The notes beneath the pieces were generated by a model. The model made no database searches and was not told the origin of the DNA. It saw only the letters and a program-made list of their open reading frames with translations. Of a DNA stretch of 64,000 nucleotides, positions 29,593 to 40,711 are shown one piece after another. Position 1 is the first letter of the stretch, and every line of letters begins with the position of its first letter. The DNA is taken from the IMG/VR virus record IMGVR_UViG_3300042923_000607, positions 32,001 through 96,000 of that record. One strand, written 5' to 3'. Made by a program: the position numbers and the translations under genes. The DNA is from a virus.

Positions 29593-30026
29593 TGACTACA
29601 TATGGTAGAAACGCGAAAGACTTAGAAAAATACTTAAAGAATCTTGCGAAACAGGTTTGTGACTATGCTAGCAATGTTGTATATGAAGCGATTAATTACT
29701 ATTTGAACCAATACTATTTAGAATTTGATCCCGTGTCATATCGTAGAACGGAACAATTATTAAGAAGTGCTTTTAAGACTAAATCTGTTTGGTCAGGAAG
29801 TGCATGGACTGCTGAAGTCGGTATTGATTATGAGTCTTTGGATTACAACGAAGCGACTGGTTACGATGTAATTTCCTATGCGAATCAAGGGTTGCATGGG
29901 GGTATAGACGTTGGTTCTGACACTCATGTATATGATGATGCAATTAATAAAACAATCAGAAATGGACAATTGATTGAAGATATTATTAAATACATTCAAG
30001 ATAAGGGTATAAGGGTAACAAGATAA
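29592..30026 (+). CDS. tail-region protein (putative structural)
   Basis: Y.P..Y.RT..L..S motif typical of SPbeta-like pre-tape-measure genes. Confidence 0.55.
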   Translation: MTTYGRNAKDLEKYLKNLAKQVCDYASNVVYEAINYYLNQYYLEFDPVSYRRTEQLLRSAFKTKSVWSGSAWTAEVGIDYESLDYNEATGYDVISYANQGLHGGIDVGSDTHVYDDAINKTIRNGQLIEDIIKYIQDKGIRVTR

Positions 30027-30036
30027 AAGCAGTATT

Positions 30037-30258
30037 TTATATTGAATAATCCTCATTACTCTCCTCTTCTATTATCAACAACTCTTCAACTCCACAATTC
30101 AATATCTTGCATAATTTTTCTAGTATGTCAAATCTAATACTTTGAGTTTTCCCGTTACATAAATTATGTAAGTTTTTATATGTGCAACCAGCCCCTTTCG
30201 CTACTATTGCCATATTAAGATTTTCTTCTTGAATTTTGTTTGCTATATTAATTATCAT
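30037..30258 (-). CDS. XRE-family HTH regulator (moron)
   Basis: VAKGAGCTYKNLHNL...LEKLCKILNCGVEELL. Confidence 0.85.
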   Translation of the reverse strand: MIINIANKIQEENLNMAIVAKGAGCTYKNLHNLCNGKTQSIRFDILEKLCKILNCGVEELLIIEEESNEDYSI

Positions 30259-30527
30259 GTTTGAATTGCCCCCACAAAGAATATACCATAACTTACCATA
30301 TTTGTCAATTTTTATGTAATATTTATTACCTAGCAAATAACTCGGAATTGTATCATATAGAAAAACAATTATGTCGATATCGACATAATTATATTGACAA
30401 TTTATAGGGACTATAGTATGATATTCCTAAGGAAAAAATAGGGGGGAGGATTGCACATAATGTACATGATTATTTTGTAAACAATACACTATAAAACAAG
30501 TTTAATTAAATCTTAATCTTTGCAATA

Positions 30528-30932
30528 TTGACATTTATTGGAACAAGACCTATAATAAAAATTGTTAAAATTAAACAATTCACCCGATTGCGAGGAGGGG
30601 TTATTACGGAAAATGAAAGAATTGGTTTTGACGAGCTAGAAGAAGATTTATTAATGTTAATTTTTTATCACGGCAAAGAAAAATTTAGGATCACTGAGGA
30701 CTTGGTGAATACAGTTACATACACCGTAGAAGGCATTGGATTTGAACAAGAAGATGATGAAGTCGTCGTAGGAAGCGATATGTATGATTATATGATATTA
30801 AAAAATACATTTTTGTCATGTTTCAATTTAATTCAAATTGTATGTATAACTCGTTATCGAGATGAAAATAGATTACCATGTTGCTATGAGTTACATGTGA
30901 CAGAAGGGCATGTATCGATTGAAGTTCTATAA
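30528..30932 (+). CDS. hypothetical moron protein (true start probably near 30603)
   Basis: GAGGAGGGGG SD lies inside the track ORF; own promoter-like TTGACA and a terminator. Confidence 0.55.
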   Translation: MTFIGTRPIIKIVKIKQFTRLRGGVITENERIGFDELEEDLLMLIFYHGKEKFRITEDLVNTVTYTVEGIGFEQEDDEVVVGSDMYDYMILKNTFLSCFNLIQIVCITRYRDENRLPCCYELHVTEGHVSIEVL

Positions 30933-31075
30933 AAAATAAATAATAAAATTTAAAGAGCTATTTAGTGAAAACTATTTGGCTCTTTTTTAATGAAGAAAAA
31001 TATCACACTCCTTTCAGGGGTGTTTTTTTATGTGAAAAATAACCCGTGAGTTAGAAAGGATGGTGTTACTTATAG

Positions 31076-34000
31076 ATGGATGATTTTAAAACCCTGTTGA
31101 GCGTTGCCTATAGTATAAAGCAAGCTCAGACTGAAACAAATAAAGTAATAAAAGAGGTACAAAAAAACGCTAAAATACAGCTTGACTTGGATATTACAGA
31201 TAAGGAAGCCAAGAAAGTAATAAATGAAACAAGAAAAGATTATCAGAATTGGTGGAAAACTGCTTTATCTCAGGAGTCTAATTTGCAAAAGCAAAAAGAT
31301 AACTTTAATAAAAAAAATCTTTCGGCTATAGATTTAGAGATAAAAAAAAGAAAAGAACAGTCCACACAGTTTAGCAATCAAATAAAATCACAGATGTTGG
31401 AAGCTCAAAAACTTGCTAAAGCTCAACAATCGGCAATCTCCCTAAGCCAAGACAGAGATACTCTTAAAAACAGAATAAACTCTTATGTTAAAAATAATCC
31501 AGCTTTAAAGGAAATGTCTTCTGATTTTATTAAACTAAGAGATTCGGTTGAAGGATTAGATAAAGTGGGATTATCTTCTGCTAATAAAGAATTTAGATTA
31601 CTACAGTCTTCTGCTGAATCTTTAGGGAAAACCGGAGATACTTATTTCAGTAAATTAGGAAAGAATGTTCAACAGTTTGTTGGTTTCTTGGGTTCCGCTA
31701 CGGTAGTAATGACAGGAGTTAATGCTATTCGTAATATGATTACCGAGGTTTATAATTTAGACCAAGCCTTGGTTGATTTGCAAATGGCTACTGGATACAC
31801 TCACGAACAAGCAAAAGAACTTCTCAGCACATATATTGATTTAGGAAAACAAATGGGTGCTACTGCAACTGAGGTTGCTGCCGCTGCCGGTGACTATCTT
31901 AGACAAGGTATGACAATAGCTGAAACAAACAAGTTAATAAAGGACTCCCTAGTACTTGCAAAGTTGGGCAATATTGATACGGCACAAGCAACTACTTACT
32001 TAACTACGGCAATGAAGGGCTATAAAGTTTCAGTCGAAGACGTTATTGGGATTGTAGACAAACTGTCAGCAGTAGATTTAGAATCAGCTACGGATGCTGG
32101 AGGACTGGCAGAAGGCATGAGCGAAGTGGCCAATAATGCTAGAATTGCCGGAGTTGAGATGGATAAACTGTTGGGTTATCTTGCGGTAATTGGAGAAACG
32201 ACAGGTGAATCCATGTCATCTGTTGGAGTTGGACTAAACGCAATCTTCTCTCGTATGGGAAATATTAAGCTTGCCAGGCTCAAAGACTATCAGAATAATG
32301 GCGAAGATTTATCAAATGTTGAAACCGTTTTGAGTGGCTTGGGAATTAAACTAAGAGACTCTGTTGATCAGTTTAGAAATTTTGGCGATGTATTAGATGA
32401 AGTTGCCACTAAATGGGGATCATTCAGCGATGTAAGTCAAAGAGCTTTAGCTAGTGCGTTTGCGGGCACTAATCATATGGAAGAATTCCTTGTGCTTATG
32501 GAAAATTATGGTACAGCTCTTAATTATAGTGAGGTTGCAGCTAATTCAGCCGGAACTGCAATGCAGAAGTTTGGAGCATATCAGGAAAGTTTAGAAGCAA
32601 AAACAAAAAGGCTTAGTGCATCATTTCAAGATCTAGCAAATGATACCATAGATAGTGGAATAGTCAAAGGATTTTTAGATTTATCAAACTTCTTAATTAA
32701 CGTTACCGATAATATAGGACTGCTAAACATTGCACTTGTATCACTAGCAGGAGTTATGGGAGCTAAAACAACCGCTGGAATAAATCTGTTTGCACAAGGA
32801 TTACAAGGATTAGCTTCAAGAATGGGAGCAACTACTGCTCTAGCCGGAACAATGATGTCGGCATTAAGTATTGCACTCCCAGTAGCTGCGGTTTTAGTTG
32901 CGGTTGCAGCATACAATCATTTTAACGTTACATTAGAAGAAACCAGAGCTAACCTGGCAAAACAAAAAGACGCTTATGATTCTGAGGTTTCAAATGTTCA
33001 ATCACTAACAAACGAATTGGAGTCAACAAGAAAAAAATTAGAAGAATTAAACAGTGTTGGCGGAGCTGTAGTTACTAAGGATGGAGAAAAAGAAAAACTT
33101 CAAGCCCAAACCGAAGAATTGCAACGACAATTAGATATTGCAAAAGAAACTCAAAGAATAGCCGGGTTAAAAGCAGAAAACACAGCAACGGAAGCTCTTA
33201 GTAAAAAGATTGAAAGCAAATACATTACTGGCAAAGTTAGTAATGATTATGCCGGATATGACGTAACATTTGATAAGGTCACAAGAGATGTCGAGTTAGA
33301 AAGAGCAATTAATGAATATAATAAACTGGCCAAGTCTTATGAAGCGGTAGAAAAAAAACAACAGGATTTAGCAAATGCTCAAAAGGGAAATAGTAAAGAA
33401 TTTAAAAACAATCAAAAAACTTTAGATTTATTAAACAAGTCAATGTCAAATGCCAGATCCTACGCCAATGAACTAGCAACTGGAATGCAAGAAGATTCTA
33501 ATAGTTTGATAGGCGCTACAGTGGCCGGAGACAATCTAAAGAATGTGGTAGATAGATCTCTTAATAGTTATAGTTCATGGACTTCTTCAATCAGTAGTGC
33601 AAATGATGCGCTTGGAGATACTAGTGACATATCTTCAGAGGTGGTTTCTGGAATAGATTCCACGACTGCAAGCGTAGAGGATGCAAATAAGGCTATAGAT
33701 GCGTTCCAGACTTCTATGTCTTCAATAAAAAATGCTCTCTCAGATGTATCTTCTCTTTCAACGAATGACATCATTGATTTAATGCAAGAATTTAAAGAAT
33801 TTGATTGGAATTCATACGGGGTCACTGGAGTTGAGGGAGTTGGAGATTTAACTGGAGCATTAAAAACTTTAGCCAAGCAACAATATGATTCGATAACTTC
33901 AACCAATGGAAGTAGTGTAGCGTTTAGTAATCTATATCAAGATGCAATTAAAGTTAAAGATGGAATACAGGGAATCTCCTCTTCTATCTCTTCCCTTGAT

Positions 34001-36745
34001 AATTTGAATAGTTCATTGTCGTCGTTGGATTCTGCATATGCTAGTTTAATTTCCAAACAATCTGTTTCACTTGATGATATAACTAAATTAAACGAAGTAT
34101 TTGGAAATACTGCAGGGTTTAATGATTTTATAAACACGGTATCTTCAGCAAAATCTGTTACTGGAGACGTACAAAACGCTTTTAACGACCTTGTTACCAC
34201 TTATTTATATTCAAGCGATATATTAAACACATTGACAGACGACACAAAAAGTCTGGTAATCACGCAACTACAGCACATAGGAGTTTCAAATGCTGAAGAA
34301 GTTGTAACCTCAAAACTAGCCGAGCAGAAAAAAATATTGGCGGAAACAGGATTAGATGTTAAGGACGCAACGGTTGAAGAAATAATAGAATTAATTAATG
34401 AGGGAAACGTTTCAGATGATACAAGAAATTCCCTATCTGGGTTAGCCGCTCAAAAGTTAAATGTTAACAATGTAGCGCTCAGTACTTCTGGAGATATCGC
34501 AAATCTTATCAGCCTTATGTCTATAACAAACTCAACCACAGAAGCCTTACAAGCATTACAGATGGCAAAAGAGGGTAAAGTCCCTATGTCTATTGCTAGG
34601 CCTGGGGATATGGAATCCATGATTAGTAGAGCCCAAGCCGAGGTTGAGAGTTATTATAAAGGACTAGGGAATTCGCAAAATATTAAGTATACGGGTGGTT
34701 CAAAAACATCCTCTGTAAAAGATAAGGCCAGTAGTAAAAAAACTGAGTTTTCTCAACAGATTGACCAAATAGCAAGATCTGTTGAATTAGCGGAAAAAGC
34801 ACTGTCTAGATTAAACGAAGCTATTGACGATGATGCTCCCTACAAAAAACAAATTACGAATTTACAAGCATTGATTAAAGGGCAAAAAGAACTGTTATCT
34901 ACTTACAACAAATCCGCTACCGCCTATGAATCTCAATATAATAAATCAATTTCTGGACTATCATCAAAATATGTAAAGCAAATTCAATCCGGTGGAACAT
35001 TCAAAGTTCAAGACTTTAAAGGAGAATCCGGAGAAAAATTATATAATCAGATAATTACAGCTCAGAAATATTGGGACGAATATCAAAACTCTCTTGATAA
35101 ATCAAACAAAACTACTAAAGAAATTGTAGAAAACACAGAAAAACTTGCTAAAATAAAAATAGACCTAAAGCTTGATAAATTTGAAAAGCAAAAAGAAAAA
35201 CTTTCCGGATTAGATGATGACATACAGAATGCCTTAGATTTAGTTGAATCTGGAAGTAATGAATCAGTATTGCTCTTACAGGCTGGATATAAAAATGCGT
35301 CTGATTCGGTTGCTAACTTAAAGAAGGAAATTACGGCTTTAAACAAAGCATATGCCGGAAACAAGTCAGATGAAACATATAAAACAAGACTTGCTGACTT
35401 AGAGGAACAATTAAACTCGGCAGCTTCATCAATGAAAAGCTACAAAGACCAAATAATTGACGCAATGAAGCAAGGCTATGAAGAACAAACCGATAATTTA
35501 AAAGACGCCTTAGATGAACAGCTAGATGCAATAGAAAAAGCGCATGATGCCATAATTGATAGTCTCAATGATCAGTTAGACGCTTATAAAGAAATAATTG
35601 ACGCCAAGAAAGAATCACTGAGAACAACGGAAGATGAATACCAGTATCAGAAGAAAATCGCAGAACAGACTAATAATATTAACAAAATTAATTCCAGAAT
35701 AGCTGAACTATCAAAGGCTGCAAGCTCCGGTGATCGAGCTGCGGCTGCCGAAATGAAAAAGTTGCAAGACGAATTAGCCGAAGCACAATCATACTTGGAC
35801 GACACTCAGCATGACAGAAAAATAGAACTTGAAGAAGAGGCTCTTGATAAAGCTTACGATGATTATGAAAAGTTAATTAACGGTCAGATAGATTTAGAAA
35901 ATAAGGCTTATGAAATGCAGAAAACCATGGCACAAAAAGCTTATGATTCTAAACTAGCTAATCTGACAAGTTTATATACGACCGAGATGGATTACATAAA
36001 ACAGGCAGCAGAATTAACAACATCTGCTTTTTCAGAAGCTTTTGCGGGAATCAATCAACAGTTGGCTCAATATGGTTTATCGATATCTTCTGATTTGTCT
36101 GGAGCATTATTTAACACAAATTCATCATTAAACACTTCTCTTTCAAGCGTATCAAAAACTTCATCGTCATCATCTTACGATCCTGTATTGAAATTGCTTA
36201 AAAACGGAACTGGAACTACAGGAAATAGTAATCTTAATAAATATATAAGCTCTAACTATGGATCATATCTTACATTTTCAGAGATGTTGCAATTGGCAAA
36301 ACTCATGGGAGTATCAGGAATAAGCTCGCTAAAAGATGTTGAGGAAAGTGGGACTAACAGAAATAAAATATTAGATGCATTAAAATCCTCTGGTTATAAG
36401 AATGGTGGAATTTTAGGAGAAGTTAACAGTACTATTAAAGGAATGGGAGAAGATGCTTTATTTGTAGGAAGTAAAGGAGAATCTGTTTTAACAGAACCAG
36501 AAACAAAAGCCTATAGGATGACAGGCGGATATCTGGCAGAAATGGTTAATCTGCTTAAGGCCCACAATCTAAATCCAGCCAACTACTCTAATAACACAAA
36601 CAACTCTCCTAATATTCAAATCGAAAGTCTGCTTACAGTTCAGGGAAATGTTAACAAAGATGTGGTCAATGATTTAAATGCTTCTATGAATTCACTAGTT
36701 GAAAAAGTTTCGGACGATATAATGAAAAAGATGCGTAAGTTCTAA
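31076..36745 (+). CDS. tail tape measure protein (TP901-type core)
   Basis: 1889 aa, Ala/Ser-rich coiled coil, IVDKLSAVD...G.GL..IFSR core. Confidence 0.92.
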   Translation: MDDFKTLLSVAYSIKQAQTETNKVIKEVQKNAKIQLDLDITDKEAKKVINETRKDYQNWWKTALSQESNLQKQKDNFNKKNLSAIDLEIKKRKEQSTQFSNQIKSQMLEAQKLAKAQQSAISLSQDRDTLKNRINSYVKNNPALKEMSSDFIKLRDSVEGLDKVGLSSANKEFRLLQSSAESLGKTGDTYFSKLGKNVQQFVGFLGSATVVMTGVNAIRNMITEVYNLDQALVDLQMATGYTHEQAKELLSTYIDLGKQMGATATEVAAAAGDYLRQGMTIAETNKLIKDSLVLAKLGNIDTAQATTYLTTAMKGYKVSVEDVIGIVDKLSAVDLESATDAGGLAEGMSEVANNARIAGVEMDKLLGYLAVIGETTGESMSSVGVGLNAIFSRMGNIKLARLKDYQNNGEDLSNVETVLSGLGIKLRDSVDQFRNFGDVLDEVATKWGSFSDVSQRALASAFAGTNHMEEFLVLMENYGTALNYSEVAANSAGTAMQKFGAYQESLEAKTKRLSASFQDLANDTIDSGIVKGFLDLSNFLINVTDNIGLLNIALVSLAGVMGAKTTAGINLFAQGLQGLASRMGATTALAGTMMSALSIALPVAAVLVAVAAYNHFNVTLEETRANLAKQKDAYDSEVSNVQSLTNELESTRKKLEELNSVGGAVVTKDGEKEKLQAQTEELQRQLDIAKETQRIAGLKAENTATEALSKKIESKYITGKVSNDYAGYDVTFDKVTRDVELERAINEYNKLAKSYEAVEKKQQDLANAQKGNSKEFKNNQKTLDLLNKSMSNARSYANELATGMQEDSNSLIGATVAGDNLKNVVDRSLNSYSSWTSSISSANDALGDTSDISSEVVSGIDSTTASVEDANKAIDAFQTSMSSIKNALSDVSSLSTNDIIDLMQEFKEFDWNSYGVTGVEGVGDLTGALKTLAKQQYDSITSTNGSSVAFSNLYQDAIKVKDGIQGISSSISSLDNLNSSLSSLDSAYASLISKQSVSLDDITKLNEVFGNTAGFNDFINTVSSAKSVTGDVQNAFNDLVTTYLYSSDILNTLTDDTKSLVITQLQHIGVSNAEEVVTSKLAEQKKILAETGLDVKDATVEEIIELINEGNVSDDTRNSLSGLAAQKLNVNNVALSTSGDIANLISLMSITNSTTEALQALQMAKEGKVPMSIARPGDMESMISRAQAEVESYYKGLGNSQNIKYTGGSKTSSVKDKASSKKTEFSQQIDQIARSVELAEKALSRLNEAIDDDAPYKKQITNLQALIKGQKELLSTYNKSATAYESQYNKSISGLSSKYVKQIQSGGTFKVQDFKGESGEKLYNQIITAQKYWDEYQNSLDKSNKTTKEIVENTEKLAKIKIDLKLDKFEKQKEKLSGLDDDIQNALDLVESGSNESVLLLQAGYKNASDSVANLKKEITALNKAYAGNKSDETYKTRLADLEEQLNSAASSMKSYKDQIIDAMKQGYEEQTDNLKDALDEQLDAIEKAHDAIIDSLNDQLDAYKEIIDAKKESLRTTEDEYQYQKKIAEQTNNINKINSRIAELSKAASSGDRAAAAEMKKLQDELAEAQSYLDDTQHDRKIELEEEALDKAYDDYEKLINGQIDLENKAYEMQKTMAQKAYDSKLANLTSLYTTEMDYIKQAAELTTSAFSEAFAGINQQLAQYGLSISSDLSGALFNTNSSLNTSLSSVSKTSSSSSYDPVLKLLKNGTGTTGNSNLNKYISSNYGSYLTFSEMLQLAKLMGVSGISSLKDVEESGTNRNKILDALKSSGYKNGGILGEVNSTIKGMGEDALFVGSKGESVLTEPETKAYRMTGGYLAEMVNLLKAHNLNPANYSNNTNNSPNIQIESLLTVQGNVNKDVVNDLNASMNSLVEKVSDDIMKKMRKF

Positions 36746-36749
36746 AACA

Positions 36750-36782
36750 GGCTACCTAGCAGTCAAATGTTGGGTAGCTTTT
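36750..36782 (+). terminator. intrinsic terminator
   Basis: GGCTACCTAGCA-GTCAAA-TGTTGGGTAGCT followed by T run. Confidence 0.65.
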
Positions 36783-36811
36783 CTAATAAATATATGAAAG
36801 GAAGTGTTTAA

Positions 36812-37591
36812 ATGGCAACAATTAATGGGCTTAATTGTATTTTTGCGAATCAGTCATCAGAAGAATTTGGAGTAAAGATGGGATTCATCGGAAGCAACAA
36901 CCGAGATTCAAACGATGAACAATGGAATTTAGTACAAACAAAAAATGTTGTTCAAGAAATTTTTAATTATCACGGTAAATACAGCAGCGAACCTTTACAG
37001 TTTAAGCTTACTTTTTTCAATGATGATGGAAGTTATATAGATGCTGACAAGCAAGAAGATTTGAAAAATTGGCTTATCCGAGATGATTTTTCTTGGTTAG
37101 TTGTAGACCAGGAAGACTTATGTGACAAAGAGTTTCGGTGTACAGGGTTAAGTGTTGGATTAGAAGATGTTGGACTGAGAAATGCTGGGTTAACGGTTCA
37201 AATGACGTGCGACTGTAATCATGCTTGGACAGGAATAAGAACTAAGCCCTACTCTTCTACCACTACCGCTTCCTATCAATTTATTAATCCAGCTAAATTT
37301 AATAAGTATATAGTGTATCCCCAGCTAACCATTACTCCCACATCAAACGGAGACATCACGGTAAAGAATAACACAACAAATAGAACAATGTCGATTCTTA
37401 ATTGTGTTACAACGGAGACTATCTATATTGATTGTAGAAACGAAATAATTAAATCTTCTAATGGAAGAAATCTTTTGGACGATTTCAATAAATACTTTTT
37501 AGAATTAATACAAGGGAATAACTCTCTTACTCTTACAGGAGCATTCACAATGAAAATGGAATATCGTCTTCCTGTTCGTATAGGTGGATAA
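36812..37591 (+). CDS. distal tail protein (Dit)
   Basis: follows tape measure; F....S..FG start and FLELIQGNNSL C-terminal motif. Confidence 0.8.
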   Translation: MATINGLNCIFANQSSEEFGVKMGFIGSNNRDSNDEQWNLVQTKNVVQEIFNYHGKYSSEPLQFKLTFFNDDGSYIDADKQEDLKNWLIRDDFSWLVVDQEDLCDKEFRCTGLSVGLEDVGLRNAGLTVQMTCDCNHAWTGIRTKPYSSTTTASYQFINPAKFNKYIVYPQLTITPTSNGDITVKNNTTNRTMSILNCVTTETIYIDCRNEIIKSSNGRNLLDDFNKYFLELIQGNNSLTLTGAFTMKMEYRLPVRIGG

Positions 37592-37610
37592 TTTATAGAA
37601 AGGAGGAAAA

Positions 37611-40604
37611 ATGCAACAGTCCTATAATGCAAATAATAGATGGCAGCAACCAAGGTTATTTTTGGCTAACCCTCAAAAAACATATGTAAAAAATGGGGTT
37701 ATTCCTTATGTAAAAGACTTAAATTTGTCTCTAAAATTCAATAATATAAAGGAGATGACTTTTAAGTTATATGAATATGAAGATGGGGTTAAAAACGAAT
37801 TTTATGACCTTATTGAGCCTAATAGGCTTATTGAGCTTCAATATATAGACTGGTTTCAAATTGATGAACCACCGGAAACTTATTTGGATAATGACAAGAT
37901 ACCCTACAAAACAGTCAAGTGTCTATCAATGGAAAATCAATTAGTAAGAAAAAGAATTGATGCAATTGATGGAGTATATTCTTTGTATGACGTTGCAAAT
38001 CCTTCTTATAGTATCTTGCATATTGTTCACGCCTTATGCGGATGGAACATTGGACACGTTGACGCTGACCTGCTATCTCTGTATCGTACTTTTCAAGTAG
38101 ACACTGATTTTATATATAATTTTCTTACTACAACCATTAGTCAATCATTTGACTGTATTTTTGTCTTTGACAATTATTCAAAAACCATATCTGCATACAA
38201 ACTAGATAGTATTGAGAATTTAACAAATATAATTATTAGCGAAAAGAATTTATTAAATCAAGCAACCGTTGAAACCTACTCTAATCAGATCGTGACTAAA
38301 TTACTAGTTAAAGGAAATGATACTTGCGATATAAGGGCGGTTAACCCCAACGGAACAAATTATTTAATAAATGTAGATTATTATTTGACGAAAATATCTG
38401 AAGGCGGTTGGATGTCAGATGGATTAGTTGATAATTGGAACGCTTACAAAACTGCTTATGCTAGTGCTCAATCTACATGGATTTCATTGATAAATTCTTT
38501 AAAGACTAAAAACGGGGATTTGACGGTTTTAAAAGCTGAGTTAACAGATTTAAAGTCTGCTCAAACTGCTCAGAGTGACGTATACTCTTCTATCTTACAA
38601 AACAATAATGGTGTTGTGCCACCAGTTGGTTCTCCTGATTATACAATATATATAGCGGCATGGAATTCATATAATTCATATTTTACATTAATTGCAAATA
38701 AGCAAGTCCAAATTAATAGTAAAGAAGTCGAAATAGCGTCAATTCAAGCATCACTAGATTCATTATCAAGTTCGTTAGATGAAAGCAATTATCTTACAAC
38801 CAATCAAATTGCAGAATTGGAAACCTTTCTAATTGAAGGCGATTCATATCAAGACGATACCTTTGTAATAACTGATACAATGACCGAAACCGAAGCTATA
38901 CAGATGAAACTTGAGCTTATGGACAACGGTTCTAAGCAATTGGCAATGTACTCACATCCGCAGTATACATACAAAATATCTGCAAAAAATCTTTTCTCAA
39001 TAATAGATAATCCTGAAAATGTCTGTAAATTTGAAGATTGGCGTGAAGATTTAGATGTTGGGAATATGGTTACTATAAAACTGAGAGCCGATTACTGGGT
39101 AACCACCAGGATAATGGAGATTGACATTGACTATAACAATTTAGAAGAAATTCAGATTGTACTTAGTGACAAAACCAGAGAAGATACTAGAACCACTCAA
39201 ATGGCAGCGTTGTTTGCGACAGCCGGAAGAACAAGTGCTGCTTTAAATCTTTACAAGTATGGATATAGTCAAGCAAGTGGTCAAGTTTCTGACGTTAGGA
39301 CGTTTTTAAATAGCAGTTTAAATGCGACTCTGAATTCGGTAGTAAACAACGATAATCAAGACTTATTAATAGACACATACGGTTTGCATATGCGTAAGTG
39401 GCTACCAGATCAAAATAAGTACTCGGATTATCAAAGTTGGTGGCTAAATAACGTTCTGTTGTTTACAGACGACGGATTTCAATCTGCTACTACTGCTATC
39501 GGATTACTTACTGCTCCAGATGGGTCAAATTATTGGGGGTTAAATACCGAGGTATTGGTCGGATCTCTTATTATGGGAGAAAAGATGATTCTTACTAATT
39601 CATCTGGCAATTACACTTGGGACAATAATGGTATGGTTGCTACTGCTACAGTAGGATCAAACACGTATTTGGTTGGGATTAATCCAAGTACTCCTAGCAA
39701 CATAATTAGGATAGCCGTTAATGGTAGTAACAAGTTTTATATTGATACTATTACAAATAACTTAGTTTTTAGTGGAAACCTACAGGCCGCAGGGGGAACA
39801 TTCTCTGGTGCTTTAAACGCTGCAACTGGAACTTTTAGTGGTAGTTTGTCCGCTGCGTCTGGTACCTTTACAGGAAATTTAGTGGCGGCCGGTGGTACTT
39901 TTACAGGAACATTACAGGGTGTAAATGGTACCTTTTCGGGCACCATTAGTGCGAGCACCATAAATAGTTCATCTCTAACTGGAGTAGATATAAAGGCAGT
40001 TTCTTTTGAAGTGCAAGGAACATCCTCGGCTAAGACATTTATTACAGGATTAGATGTTGATACTACGTATGTAAACTGCACAAATGTGTCATGTGACACT
40101 ATAAATAATTCCACTCCTGTTACCTTTAGTAACGTAGCCGGTTCACATACTCACAACTCAAGTAATATCATAGCAACAGTTGTTAGCTCTAGTTATATAA
40201 ATTTTAATGGGGGAAATGCGGCTGGATATCAATGGGTTATAAATAACTTTGAACCAAAGTCATCGTCAGATAGAAGGTTGAAAAAAAATATTAATGACTT
40301 ATCCCTATTGCCCATAGAAATATATTTAGAATTGAATCCGGTGCAATTTGAATTTATCGACGATCCATATAATAACGGTATTGTTTTTGGATTTATTGCT
40401 CAAGATGTGATTGATGTATTTGCTAAATATGGATACAATGCATTGGATTATAATCTTGTTCAAAATGTTCCAATAAGAATGGATTCTGTTGATGAAAGTA
40501 AATACATAGAAGATGGGTTTAAGTATATAATTAACTATACAAATATGATTTCATGGAACAAGTTAATTATCAAGAAGATGTGGGATAAAATACAATATTT
40601 ATAA
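37611..40604 (+). CDS. tail tip/Tal protein with C-terminal peptidase S74 chaperone
   Basis: IVTKL..KG...IRAVNP.G motif, GTFSG repeats, SSDRRLKKNI...GFIAQDV. Confidence 0.85.
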   Translation: MQQSYNANNRWQQPRLFLANPQKTYVKNGVIPYVKDLNLSLKFNNIKEMTFKLYEYEDGVKNEFYDLIEPNRLIELQYIDWFQIDEPPETYLDNDKIPYKTVKCLSMENQLVRKRIDAIDGVYSLYDVANPSYSILHIVHALCGWNIGHVDADLLSLYRTFQVDTDFIYNFLTTTISQSFDCIFVFDNYSKTISAYKLDSIENLTNIIISEKNLLNQATVETYSNQIVTKLLVKGNDTCDIRAVNPNGTNYLINVDYYLTKISEGGWMSDGLVDNWNAYKTAYASAQSTWISLINSLKTKNGDLTVLKAELTDLKSAQTAQSDVYSSILQNNNGVVPPVGSPDYTIYIAAWNSYNSYFTLIANKQVQINSKEVEIASIQASLDSLSSSLDESNYLTTNQIAELETFLIEGDSYQDDTFVITDTMTETEAIQMKLELMDNGSKQLAMYSHPQYTYKISAKNLFSIIDNPENVCKFEDWREDLDVGNMVTIKLRADYWVTTRIMEIDIDYNNLEEIQIVLSDKTREDTRTTQMAALFATAGRTSAALNLYKYGYSQASGQVSDVRTFLNSSLNATLNSVVNNDNQDLLIDTYGLHMRKWLPDQNKYSDYQSWWLNNVLLFTDDGFQSATTAIGLLTAPDGSNYWGLNTEVLVGSLIMGEKMILTNSSGNYTWDNNGMVATATVGSNTYLVGINPSTPSNIIRIAVNGSNKFYIDTITNNLVFSGNLQAAGGTFSGALNAATGTFSGSLSAASGTFTGNLVAAGGTFTGTLQGVNGTFSGTISASTINSSSLTGVDIKAVSFEVQGTSSAKTFITGLDVDTTYVNCTNVSCDTINNSTPVTFSNVAGSHTHNSSNIIATVVSSSYINFNGGNAAGYQWVINNFEPKSSSDRRLKKNINDLSLLPIEIYLELNPVQFEFIDDPYNNGIVFGFIAQDVIDVFAKYGYNALDYNLVQNVPIRMDSVDESKYIEDGFKYIINYTNMISWNKLIIKKMWDKIQYL
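39768..39960 (+). repeat. 33-bp / 11-aa coding tandem repeat (GTF[ST]GxL/I)
   Basis: FSGNLQAAG GTFSGALNAAT GTFSGSLSAAS GTFTGNLVAAG GTFTGTLQGVN GTFSGTI. Confidence 0.75.
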
Positions 40605-40711
40605 TTTACAATATAACATATAAAACATTTAACTTTCTATTGCATATTATTTTATTATATTGTATAATATTAGTAGAGTATGATATAATAAAATTTGGAG
40701 GTGGAAATTAT

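Noticed and set aside
32626-35531. Minus-strand ORFs inside the tape measure gene (and similar shadow ORFs elsewhere, e.g. 697-1043, 19131-20165, 53810-54502)
   Set aside because: Antisense shadows of real genes, without SD or recognisable motifs.
39768-39960. Tandem repeat as a regulatory or array element
   Set aside because: Fully explained as an 11-aa structural repeat in the tail tip protein.
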